Of a DNA stretch of 64,000 nucleotides, positions 1 to 16,116 are shown one piece after another (the stretch's first letter is position 1; each line of letters opens with the position of its first letter). This stretch comes from the human T2T-CHM13v2.0 reference genome, Homo sapiens. The notes under the pieces were generated by a model. That model was not told the DNA's origin, did no database searches, and saw nothing but the letters and a program-made list of their open reading frames with translations. The stretch is taken from assembly GCF_009914755.1 (NCBI RefSeq), contig NC_060947.1, one strand, 5' to 3'. Made by a program: the position numbers and the translations under genes.

Positions 1-3794
<3,794 letters not shown>

Positions 3795-3857
3795 TATGAT
3801 GTTAGCTGGTTATTTTGCTTGTTAGTTGATGCAGTTTTTTTCTAGTCTCGATAGTCT

Positions 3858-4874
3858 TTACATTTTGGCATGATTTTGCAGTGGCTGGTACCGGTTGTTC
3901 CTTTCCATATTTAGCGCTTCCTTCAGCAGCTCTTTTAGGGCAGGCCTGGTGGTGACAAAATCTCTCAGCATTTGCTTGTCTGTAAAGTATTTTATTTCTC
4001 CTTCACTTATGAAGCTTAGTTTGGCTGGATATGAAATTCTGGGTTGAAAATTCTTTCCTTTAAGAATGTTGAATATTGGCCCCCACTCTCTTCTGGCTTG
4101 TAGGGTTTCTGCCGAGAGATCCGCTGTTAGTCTGATGGGCTTCCCTATGAGGGTGACCCGACCTTTCTCTCTGGCTGCCCTTAACATTTTTTCCTTCATT
4201 TCAACTTTGATGAATCTGACAATTATGTGTCTTGGAGTTGCTCTTCTCGAGGAGTATCTTTGTGGCGTTCTCTGTATTTCCTGAATTTGAATGTTGGCCT
4301 ACCTTGCTAGATTGGGGAAGTTCTCCTGGATAATATCCTGCAGAGTGTTTTCCAACTTGGTTCCATTCTCCCCATCACTTTCAGGTACACCAATCAGACG
4401 TAGATTTGGTCTTTTCACATAGTCCCATATTTCTTGGAGGCTTTGCTTGTTTCTTTTTATTCTTTTTTCTCTAAACTTCCCTTCTCACTTCATTTCATTC
4501 ATTTCATCTTCCATCGCTGATACCCTTTCTTCCAGTTGATCGCATCGGCTCCTGAGGCTTCTGCATTCTTCACGTATTTCTTGAGCCTTGGTTTTCAGCT
4601 CCATCAGCTCCTTTAAGCACTTCTCTGTATTGGTTATTCTAGTTATACATTCTTCTAAATTTTTTTCAAAGTTTTCAACTTCTTTGCCTTTGGTTTGAAT
4701 GTCCTCCCGTAGCTCAGAGTAATTTGATCGTCTGAAGCCATCTTCTCTCAGCTCGTCAAAGTCATTCTCTGTCCAGCTTTGTTCCGTTGCTGGTGAAGAG
4801 CTGTGTTCTTTTGGAGGAGGAGAGGCGCTCTGCTTTTTAGAATTTCCAGTTTTTCTGTTCTGTTTTTTCCCCAT
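3858..4874 (-). pseudogene. L1 ORF1p, colinear (338 codons) but with two premature stops
   Basis: MGKKQNRKTGNSKKQSASPPPK... through ...LQNHAKM. TGA at codon 130 (4485-4487; CGA in the consensus) and TAG at codon 192 (4299-4301; CAG in the consensus). Confidence 0.95.
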
Positions 4875-5782
4875 CTTTGTGGTTTTATCTACTTTTGGTC
4901 TTTGATGATGGTGATGTACAGATGGGTTTTTGGTGTGGATGTCCTTTCTGTTTGTTAGTTTTCCTTCTAACAGACAGGACCCTCAGCTGCAGGTCTGTCG
5001 GAGTACCCTGCAGTGTGAGGTGTCAGTGTGCCCCTGCTGGGGGGTGCCTCCCAGTTAGGCTGCTCGGGGGTCAGGGGTCAGGGACCCACTTGAGGAGGCA
5101 GTCTGCGTGTTCTCAGATCTCCAACTGCATACTGGGAGAACCACTGCTCTCTTCAAAGCTGTCAGACAGGGACATTTAAGTCTGCAGAGGTTACTGCTGT
5201 CTTTTTGTTTGTCTGTGCCCTGCCCCCAGAGGTGGAGCCTACAGAGGCAAGCAGGCCTCCTTGAGCTGTGGTGGGCTCCACCCAGTTGGAGCTTCCGGGC
5301 TGCTTTGTTTACCTAAGGAAGCCTGGGCAATGGCGGGTGCCCCTCCCCCAGCCTCGCTGCCACCTTGCAGTTTGATCTCAGACTGCTGTGCTAGCAATCA
5401 GCGAGACTCCGTGGGCGTAGGACCTTCCGAGCCAGGTGCAGGATATAATCTCGTGGTGCGCCGTTTTTTAAGCCCGTCGGAAAAGCACAGTATTCGGGTG
5501 GGATTGACCCGATTTTCCAGGTGCCGTCCGTCACCCCTTTCTTTGATTAGGAAAGGGAACTCCCTGACCCCTTGCACTTTCCAAGTGAGGCAATGCCTCG
5601 CCCTGCTTCAGCTCGCGCACGGTGCGCGCACCCACTGACCTGCGCCCACTGTGTGGCACTCCCTAGTGAGATGAACCCAGTACCTCAGATGGAAATGCAG
5701 AAATCACCTGTCTTCTGCGTCGCTCAGGCTGGGAGCTGTAGACCGGAGCTGTTCCTATTCGGCCATCTTGGCTCCTCCCTCC
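4875..5782. promoter_or_regulatory. L1 5'UTR bidirectional promoter region: sense promoter on -, antisense promoter firing on + toward the PCDH11X coding exons
   Basis: CpG-rich complete L1 5'UTR with YY1 motif GCCATCTT at 5762-5769. Promoter activity is inferred from the family, not shown for this copy. Confidence 0.6.
5330..5638 (+). CDS. L1 antisense ORF0 homolog, open, 102 aa; expression unknown
   Basis: gcaATGG Kozak context at 5330. The translation MAGAPPPASLPPCSLISDCCASNQRDSVGVGPSEPG... matches primate L1 ORF0. Donor-like sites CAG|GTGCAG after 5435 and CAG|GTGCCG after 5520. Confidence 0.7.
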   Translation: MAGAPPPASLPPCSLISDCCASNQRDSVGVGPSEPGAGYNLVVRRFLSPSEKHSIRVGLTRFSRCRPSPLSLIRKGNSLTPCTFQVRQCLALLQLAHGARTH

Positions 5783-6508
5783 AGCAAGCATTTCTTAAGC
5801 ACTTACTGTGTATTTGGTACAGTGCCCATGAACTGCTCAGTTAAATATAATGTCTTAAAATTGTTGGTATATATTTGGAATGATTCATTTGCTTTGAGTT
5901 GAGATTCATAATATAAAATATTATGGATCTATACAGTTGTTTACATTTAAAACTGATATTTATAGAGAATAAATTTTATATCTAAATTGTTATTTTTGAA
6001 GAGCTCAATCTTTGTGTATTACGTAGGGAGTTGTCTTGAGAAACGTCTAATTTTTACCGCTCATCTTTTTGCACTTTCAAATATACTAATACTTTTGAAG
6101 CAGGACCCAACAGGCCTTCTCTAAAATTAAGTTTTCTCACATGTAGCAAGGTTATTTTGAATGCCCAAATTGAAGTTTAAATGGTTAATATTACATTTAT
6201 ATTTGGAGTTAAAATGTATTAAGACACAGTTGAAATAGTAACTCATTGTAAGTATGAAGAATATTGCTAAATAGAGAAAACATTTTCTTATGTATTTACC
6301 TAGATGAAAGAGAAAGGAAAAATTATACAAACACTATCATTTATACCTTATCTTTGTAAGAACATCTTGTAAATACATTTGAATTTTCTCTTATAGATGC
6401 TATTCCTTCCTGAAAACCAGGCTGAACCCAGTACATGCTTTTATAGTGAAGTAAAGAACACACAAGAAGTAGGGTTTATTTTAACTTATAAATGCAAATT
6501 CCATTTTA

Positions 6509-8143
6509 CTTATTTTTTAATGGGAAAAATATTTACTTTATTTCTTTAACTTTTATTTTAGGTTCAGGTATGCATGTGCGGGTTTGTTATATAGGTAAAC
6601 TCATGCCACAGGAGTTTGCTATACAAATTATTTCATCACCCAGGTACTAAGACTAGTATGCAATTTTTTTTTTCTGCTCTTCTCCCTCCTCCCACGCTCC
6701 ATGCTCAATTAGTCCCTAGAGTCTGTTGTTCCTTTTTTTGTGTCTATCAGTTCTCATCATTTACATCCCACTTAAAAATGAGAACATTCAATATTTGGTT
6801 TTCTGTTCCTGCATTAGTTTGCTGAGGATAATGGCCTCCAGTTCCATCCATGGTCTTGCAAAGGACATGATCTCCTTAGTTTTTATTGCTGCATAGTATT
6901 CCATGATGTATATGTACCACATTTTCTTTATTCAGTCTGTTATTGATGGACATTTAGGTTGATTCTATGTATTTACTATTGTGAATAGTGCTGCAGTGAA
7001 CATTTGTGTGCATGTGTCTTTATGGTAAAATGATTTATATTCCTCTGGGTAGTTACCCAGTAATGGGATTACTGGTCAAATGGTAGTTCTAGTTTTACCT
7101 CTTTGAGGAATCACTATGCTGCTTCCCACTATAGTTGAACTAATTTACACTCCCACCAACATTGTAAAAGTATTCTCTTTTGTCTGCAACCTCGCCAGCA
7201 TATGTTATTTTTGACTTGTTAATAGTAGCCATTCTGACTAGTGTGAGATGATATCTCATTGAGATTTTGATTTGCATTTCTCTAATGATCAGTGATATTG
7301 AGCTTTTTTTCATATGCTTGCTGGCCACATGTAAGTCTTCTTTTGAAAAGTGTCTCCTCATGTCCTTTGCCTACTTGTTCATGGGGTTGTTTTTTTCTTG
7401 TAAACTTAAGTTCCTTATAAATGCTGGATATTAGACCTTTGTCAGATGCATAGTTAGCAAATATTTTCTCCCATTCTGTAGACTGTCTGTTTACTCTGTT
7501 GATGGTTTGTTTTGCTCTGCAGAAGCTCTTAAATTTAATTAGATCCCATTTGTCAATTTTGCTTTTGTTGTGATTGTTTTTGGCATGTTCATCATGAAAT
7601 CTTTGCCACTTCCTTTGTCCAGGATGGAATTCCCTAGGTTGTCTTCCAAGGTTTTATAGTTTTGGGTTTTATGGATATTTAATTCATTTTGAGTTGACTT
7701 TTGTACATGGTGTAAGAAAGGGGTCCAGTTTCAATTGTCTGCACATGGCTACCCAGATGTCCCAGCCCGATTTGTTGTGTAAGGAGTCTTTTCCCTATTG
7801 CTTGTTTTCTTCAGCTTTGTGGATGATCACGTGGTTATAGGTGTGTGGCCTTATATCTGGGCTCTCTATTCTGTTCTATTCGTCTATGTGTCTGTTTCTG
7901 CACCAGTACCGTTACTGTAGCCCTGTAGTATAGTTTGAAGTCAGGTAATGTGATGCCTCATGTTTCGTTCTTTTTGCTTAGGATTGCCTTGACTATTTGG
8001 GGTCTTTTTTTGTTCCATATGAATTTTAACATAGTTTTTTTCTACTTCTGTGAAGAGTGTCATTGGTAGTTTCATATGAATAACAATCTGTAAATTGTTT
8101 TGGGTAGTATCCCATTTTAATGGTATTTATTCTTTCTATCCAT
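6509..8143 (-). mobile_element. 5'-truncated old L1 (L1PA13-16-like 3' end)
   Basis: Decayed poly(T), then ttttaggttcagg...tttgttatataggtaaactc, followed by diverged ORF2 3' sequence (fragment [19 protein letters not shown]). Confidence 0.85.
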
Positions 8144-8150
8144 GAAGTAG

Positions 8151-8453
<303 letters not shown>

Positions 8454-9261
8454 AAAAGGCAGAATTCTTTATCATTTTTTCTACTCTAAGTGTATCACAA
8501 CTGAAGATTCGAAATATGGCTTGTGGGTGTCACATTTATGGTTCAGTTGTTTTTCTATTCATTTATTAATTAATGTTGTCATTTTTAATTGGTTATCCAT
8601 TTTTTTGGTTTTGAGGTGACACAAAACAAAAATCACAGAAATAATATTAAAATATGTGTAAAAAACTGAGAACTAAAAGGAGAAGGAATATTGTTGAACC
8701 TTTAGGCTGAGGCATCTGTTATTAGGCAGTTGATAAACCAAGTCGTAAGATTGGTTTTAAAAGGTTGCTATGTCATTTTTGCTTAGCGTTCTAAGATGTG
8801 TAGTTACTGATTATGGATTGTGCAACTCCAAAGTCGTCTTAATAGGAAGAGCTTCATTGTCTCACGGGGTGAATGAATGCAACTATTAAAGTCATTTCTC
8901 TGTTCCTTGGAACAATAAGTTGATGGATATAATTCATTTTCTGACGACTAATATCTTACCTTGATTTGTTTTACAGACCATCAACTTGGATCTTGTTTTT
9001 AGCCATCACTTCCAAGATTCTAGTGCTATATCTCATTTGCTTTCAACTGTTGATTTTACTGCATTGTAATTTGATAATTTAGACCCCAACACAAAAAATA
9101 AATTAAGTCATGCTAGAATATGCACCATACGTATATAGGGGAGTAATCTGATAAAGTGCTTTGCGCAGATATTGCAATTAGTACTGAAGTTTGGGGAGGT
9201 GTGCAATCAATAGTAAAATATTAATTGGTCTTTCTACATAGATAATTTAAACACTAATATG

Positions 9262-9442
9262 ATAGATATATTACTACCTGTTTTCCTGTACTGTTTTATT
9301 AATTCATGGAATAGTGACTAATAGAAGTATTATTTAGCCTTATATATAAAACTCATAGATATAATACTGTTTTGTGTACTGTTTTATTAATTCATGGAAT
9401 AGTGACTAATGGAAGTACTACTTATCCTTATATATAAAACTC
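9262..9442. repeat. Tandem duplication, 2 x ~90 bp
   Basis: tgtactgttttattaattcatggaatagtgactaat(a/g)gaagta...ccttatatataaaactc occurs twice, head to tail. Confidence 0.9.
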
Positions 9443-9480
9443 AAAATAGGCTTTTCAACAAATACCCAGTGAAGACACAA

Positions 9481-9481
9481 A

Positions 9482-9522
<41 letters not shown>

Positions 9523-9533
9523 TATATATATAT
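9481..9533. repeat. Compound (TA)n(CA)n(TA)n microsatellite
   Basis: Read directly from the sequence. Confidence 0.95.
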
Positions 9534-11852
9534 GAAGAAACCACATTTGTTAACAAATGACTAAAATTGTCATGCCTGAACCCTCCATTATTGAACATCA
9601 CCTCTCCATACCCCTTGATCTCTTTAATTTTGTGATGCTATACCACCTCCATAATTTCACCCACGAATAATAGATTCCAAGCCCATCACTTTCTGTTTCT
9701 TTCTCTTTTCTTTTGCAAACACTTTTCCTTTACACGAGGGACCTTTGGTTACCTTCTTAAAATGTGATCATCTAGAGAATTTACAGAATGTGAAATTAAT
9801 GCCTATTTGATAAAAAATATTTAATATATAAAGCAATGCCTACAGATATGTATATATATCACATAGTTGTTGTACAGATTAAATGAAATAACTGATTTGA
9901 AATCACATAGAGCAATTCAAATACTACACCAAGTGGAAATTATCCTTTGAACTTTGATGAATTTAGGACTTATTTATTATGATAATCTGGTACTTGTTGA
10001 CAAAGTACAGTAAAATAATTATTAGATACTGAAACAAGCAATATTACATTCACCCTGAGGCAATAGAAGAATGTGTGATGATAGACAAACGTTATATTTT
10101 TGCCATGAAGAATGAGTCTCTTGCTTGATTATTCTGTAAAGCCATGTTTCAAATGTTCCCTAAATCATATATCAAAAATCCAGAAAAATTAATATAGAAG
10201 AGCAACCTTTAGAATTTGTCTTATTAAGTGCTATTTGAGCTTGATTATTATCAGATTTTGAAACCCTGTTAGAGAACACCACACTAACTGTTGTTGGAAT
10301 GCTAGAATGAATCAGCAAACAATAAACAATTTGGAGAAGGAAGCAGCATTGATGGAATCCACTTCTCAGAGAAGTTTAGACCCAAATGTGAAAAATTAGA
10401 CATGTACAATAAGCACAGTAAGCAAGCTGTTTGTGGAATAAAATTTAACAAACCAGTCTTATAATTACTGTGCCTTATTAAATTTTTTATTTTGACATCT
10501 CAAGTTTCAGAATACACAGGAAATAATTACATAAAATTGGACAGCCAATGCCCTTGCCCGCCTCTGCTTGCTGTGGTCAGTTCCTCTGAAAATACTAGGT
10601 TTATCGGTTGCTCCAATTTGTCTTTCTCCCAATGTGGTTACTTTTATTGCAATGTTCTAGATTCCTGTCAACCTCAAGAACTACCTTATTGTTTACCCAG
10701 GCTGTGAAAGAAGCTTTGCTTGTATTTGAGACCAAGAACACAACAGTAGTGACCACCTAATATATTATGGCTGTTAAATGCTGTATTTTTGACTTAATGA
10801 ATCATTGAAATAATTGGAATGATGAGATTTAAGTGGAGTTAGGATAATGGGCAGCAGATAGATATTTCTTATCTTCATGTAATACTTAAATTTGTACTAT
10901 TGTAGAAATTGTACAAAAATTGTAGCATATAAACCATTCACTCATGTGTTTGTTGTTCTAGCATATGATTCAGTAATTCACATAGAATTCATTTAAATAT
11001 ATTACAAATGAAACCAGCACTATAATGAAGAAAAAATTTAAAAAATATCAAGGAAATTATGCCTTGAAATTCTTCTGACAAAGCATTTGAACATTAATTG
11101 TGTGGTTTGAAATTTCTAGAATTGCATATAGTAGATGCCTAGCTCCCTTACCTACTCAGAGATGATAAAATGAACTTCCATTTTTGCTTTATACATCTTT
11201 AAATTTTCAGAGATGCTTATTTTATTTCTGCTTTTGCTTTCTCTAATTGTCATTATTGTGTCCCTCTAAATACAACTATTGCTTACCCAACTGTGATGTC
11301 TTGCTGATAAAGGGCATCACTTAAATAGCATGGGCACTACTGGAACTTGTCAAAAATTTTAGTTCTTTATATCTTCTTTTGTGTTGTTTCCTTTATCAAT
11401 TTCCAAACTAACATTAATCTATAGTAGGAGTGGGTTGTAGGAGAAGGGCAAAGAAATTTAAGGTTACCTTGTCACATTTTTCATGAGACAGAAAAATTAG
11501 AATGTAATTTACATACATTAAGATACGTATGTAGGCATATTTTCCCTGGATATCTGAGTTAAATGTGCCATGCTTCCATAAGACTAAGCAGTGATTATTT
11601 ATATCCGTATTTAGTAGCTAAATTTCTGTACTGTTCATTCAAAGAATTAAACTCAGCATTTTCAAAGAAAACTTAATAAATTTTAAAGATAATAAATTTT
11701 CAAGTGGCAAATGTGAGAGTTGAAATCAAAATCTGGAGATTGAGGTTACTTAAACATGCATGTTCACATCCTGGTAGAAGCAGAGATGAGTTCATTATAC
11801 AGTAATTGAACACTGAATTAAAGACATACTAGAATATATTATCAAATATAAA

Positions 11853-11937
11853 CTCTGTTTTGTTCACTGATGTACCTTCAGTGTCTAGAACTGTGCTTGA
11901 CATATAAAAATTGCTTAATAAGTATTTGTTGAATAAG
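11853..11937 (+). mobile_element. L2 3'-end relic
   Basis: tgttttgttcactgatgta...ctagaactgtgcttgacata...ttaataagtatttgttgaata resembles the L2 3' terminus. Confidence 0.65.
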
Positions 11938-12137
11938 TGGCTAAACCTCCATGAGTTCATTTCATCTCAAACTCTTTATTAACTAGAGGGTGAATATTCC
12001 TTCTAGGTTGGCAACATATATATTCACTTAAGCTTTAGAAATGGTATTTTTTCTCAATATTTCTTCCCCGTTTTTAAAACCACTGAATGAATTTCCAGTT
12101 ATGAAACACATTTTAAAATGTTTTATATGATGATGGT

Positions 12138-12735
12138 ATTGTGGAAGACAGTGTGGCAATTCCTCAAGGATCTAGAACTAGAAATACCATTTGACCCAGC
12201 CATCCCATTACTGGGTATATACCCAAAGGATTATAAATCATGCTGCTATAAAGACACACGCACATGTATGTTTATTGTGGCACTATTCACAATAGCAAAG
12301 ACTTGGAACCAACCCAAATGTCCATCAATGATAGACTGGATTAAGAAAATGTGGCACATATACACCATGGAATACTATGCAGCCATAAAAAAGGATGAGT
12401 TCATGTCCTTTTTAAGGACAAGGATGAAGCTGGAAACCATCATTCTCAGCAAACTATTGCAAGGACAGAAAACCAAACACCACATATTCTCACTCATAGG
12501 TGGGAATTGAACAATGAGAACACTTGGACACAGGGTGGGGAACATCACACATCGGGGCCTGTTGTGGGGTGGGGGGAGGGGGGAAGGGTAGCATTAGGAG
12601 ATATACCTAATGTTAAATGACGAGTTAATGGGTGCAGCACACCAACATGGCACATGTATACATATGTAACAAACCTGCATGTTGTGCACATGTACCCTAG
12701 AACTTAAAGTATAATTAAAAAAATTAAAAATAAAG
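12138..12735 (+). mobile_element. 5'-truncated L1PA (about PA4-7) 3' end, sense to the gene
   Basis: ORF2 C-terminus ([25 protein letters not shown]...FSLIGGN), a G-rich 3'UTR tract at 12566-12588 and an A-rich tail. Confidence 0.93.
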
Positions 12736-12914
12736 ATAGAGTAGAACAGATTTAGAATGGATTGAGGGAGGGTGACTTCTTGGAACTAGATCGCTCTATT
12801 AATTATGTTGTGTAGAGATATTGCGACATGCATGCAATGCTTTTATTTCTTTAGTTTGCTTTATTTTGTTTTTCATTTTGGGGGGTTATCCCAGGAATTC
12901 AAGGTTGTTTTATC

Positions 12915-13170
12915 TTATTTTTTTTTAATTTAACTTTTATTCTGAGTTCAGGGGTACAAGTGTAGGTTTATGTAAGTAAACCTGTGTCATGGGGGTTTGT
13001 TGTACAGATTATTTCGTCACCCAGGTATTAAGCCTAGTACCCATTAATTTTTCCTGATCCTCTCCCTCCTCCCATCTTCCAACCTCCAATAGGCCCCAGT
13101 GTGTGTTGTTCCCCTGTATATGTCCATGAGTTCTCATCATTTAGCTCCCACTTATAAGTCAGAATATCCT
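12915..13170 (-). mobile_element. Old L1PA 3'-end fragment
   Basis: ttttattctgagttcaggggtacaagtgtagg...ttagctcccacttataagt. Confidence 0.8.
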
Positions 13171-15491
13171 GCAATGTTTTTAAAAACAGTCTGTAGTATT
13201 CTTCTGCCAGTTGTAATAATGTGTAATACCTAAGGGTAAGATAAGAATAGAGCGATAATTTTAATTCCAATTGTCACTGCCCCATTTTTATTTCTGCTTA
13301 TGTTTGCATGACATTTATAAAATCACATAAACATCCAAAACTTCTTAGATATGCTAGATTCACAGCATATAGAATACATATATGTGTGCATATTAGCTGG
13401 TAGTATCAATGGGGTATTTTTAATCTCACCTTCATAACAGAGTATAAAACCAAAAATTCACAAGACTGAATTTTGAGCGAGTTTTTATATTATGTAATCC
13501 CAATGCACATCATTGTACAAATGATGCTAAAAATACTATACCACAGGCAACAGTGTTTTTGTGTTGTTTACTAGGATAAATAATGTCTTCAGCTCTAGCA
13601 TTACTCACTATCATAACTAACATATTTTATATATGATACCAACTGCTTAACATAGGAAAGTCATTGAATTCATAGTATATATTTTTAAAATGTTGTGATA
13701 AAAATTAATGAGATATTTTAAGTCTACTCCTGACCTAAACTATCTTGATTGTTGCAACAGATGCATTTATTTGATTATTGATTGTAAATAGGAAGATTTC
13801 TTTTTTTCCAATTTTGTGTATTCCAACATTGGCATATGCATAGTTTAAAAAATGCGGATGTGCAGCTATGCAATGGGACAGTTATTTCATATAACACATT
13901 GCTTGGCATAACCAGAGCACAATATCCATAACAAGTTATTTATATCATATGTAGTCCTCCTGTTTTTAGAACAATTACTAAAACTTGTTGATGTTATCGA
14001 TTACCAATAAATATTGAGAAATTCCTTAACTGGATACCTATATGCATTAATACATTTCTGGAATGGAATTTTAAATAACCATCTGACCACTGAGTTTTCA
14101 AAACTGCTAAATACCTTAATAGTTGCATTAACCTTCATTTAATTATAAAAGTATGACATCTGATAGGCTTTAGCTCAGTGTGATACAAATTTAATTTTGT
14201 TTATATAATATATCATCTACAAATACTATCCAGAAGAAGCACATTAGAATGTTTAATTATACTAGAGATTAAAAGATATTTAATATATAAACTTGAGAAT
14301 AAATAAAATAGAGAATAAGAATTGAGAATTACGAAAGGAAACTGAAGATAAAATTTGCAGATTTTAAGAAAATCAAAATTCCTCATTGAATTTTGTCAGA
14401 AGAGTTCAAGAACTGAAATAATTTTAAAGCTTTCAGTGAGTGAAAAATAATAGGGAGAAGTAGCAAGAGAGATTGATTTTTGACTCACTTTCAACTCGGT
14501 ACTGTTTTTAAATGCCTTTCTTATTTTCAAGCCCTTCTCAAGCTGTTCCTTGAAGTTGTATAATTCCTGTTAGTCTATAGATGTGAAAACCCATTTTTAT
14601 ATGAACTACCTTCTGCGTTCTATAAACATAAATTCTCAGGGTTGGGATGTCTTCTAGTCTAACTCTCCCATTGAATGTTTGGACGTCATCTACCAAATCC
14701 ATATATCTAAAGCAAATATAGTAGATCTAATCTGGTGGTCCAGTACCTCCAAAGATATGGAATACACTCCTGAAATATCCTGAAAACTTTTTTTTTTCAG
14801 AATCCTTTAATAAGCAGTTATGTCAATCTGAAAGTTGCTTACTTGTACTTTATATTAATAGCTATTCTTGTTTTTCTTATCCAAAGAAAAATCCTCTAAT
14901 CCCCTTTTCACATGATAGTTGTTACCATGTTTAGGCATTAGTCACATCAACCCGTCTCCTCTCCCAAACTTCTCTTCTTCAAATCAAACTTTATTAGTCC
15001 CTCCTTTATAATGATTCCTTGCCTCGTTTTATCCAGATCAATTTTTTTTCACTTTGATGCCCAGAGCTGAAGAAATGGACTATTGTATAAATTATTCATT
15101 GCCAAGAGAATAATTGCATTTTAAACCCATATTATAACAAAGAATAATGATTATATTTTGTGATTTGTAACAAATACCCTTTATTTTCCCTTAACTATTG
15201 AATTAAATATTTTAATTATTTGTATTCTCTTTAACTATCTTGGTATATTAAAGTATTATCTTTTATATATTTATCAATGGTGGACACTTTTATAGGTACT
15301 CTGTGTCATTTTTGATACTGTAGGTATCTTATTTCATTTATCTTTATTCTTAATGTACGAATTCATAATATTTGATTCAGAACAAATTTATCACTAATTA
15401 ACAGAGTGTCAATTATGCTAACATCTCATTTACTGATTTTAATTTAAAACAGTTTTTGTTAACATGCATGTTTAGGGTTGGCTTCTTAATA

Positions 15492-15532
15492 ATTTCTTCT
15501 TCCTCTTCTCTCTCTCCTCTTCTTTTGGTCAG
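15492..15532 (+). promoter_or_regulatory. PCDH11X: Polypyrimidine tract and 3' splice acceptor of the first coding exon (exon starts at 15533)
   Basis: atttcttcttcctcttctctctctcctcttcttttggtcAG|TGTTG. Confidence 0.8.
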
Positions 15533-15576
15533 TGTTGTGCGGGTTAATACAACAAACTGTAACAAGTGTACCTGGT

Positions 15577-16116
15577 ATGGACTTGTTGTCCGGGACGTAC
15601 ATTTTCGCGGTCCTGCTAGCATGCGTGGTGTTCCACTCTGGCGCCCAGGAGAAAAACTACACCATCCGAGAAGAAATGCCAGAAAACGTCCTGATAGGCG
15701 ACTTGTTGAAAGACCTTAACTTGTCGCTGATTCCAAACAAGTCCTTGACAACTGCTATGCAGTTCAAGCTAGTGTACAAGACCGGAGATGTGCCACTGAT
15801 TCGAATTGAAGAGGATACTGGTGAGATCTTCACTACTGGCGCTCGCATTGATCGTGAGAAATTATGTGCTGGTATCCCAAGGGATGAGCATTGCTTTTAT
15901 GAAGTGGAGGTTGCCATTTTGCCGGATGAAATATTTAGACTGGTTAAGATACGTTTTCTGATAGAAGATATAAATGATAATGCACCATTGTTCCCAGCAA
16001 CAGTTATCAACATATCAATTCCAGAGAACTCGGCTATAAACTCTAAATATACTCTCCCAGCGGCTGTTGATCCTGACGTAGGAATAAACGGAGTTCAAAA
16101 CTACGAACTAATTAAG
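15577..16116 (+). CDS. PCDH11X: Protocadherin-11 X-linked, first coding exon (signal peptide, EC1, start of EC2; 180 codons)
   Basis: Signal peptide [24 protein letters not shown]; cadherin motifs [11 protein letters not shown] and AVDPD; phase-0 donor AAG|GTGCGT at 16116/16117. Confidence 0.97.

Noticed and set aside
15532-15576. ORF-track start at 15532 (and 56835) as real initiation codons
   Set aside because: These are GTG/TTG calls overlapping splice acceptors. The real start is ATG 15577, and 56850 is an exon boundary.
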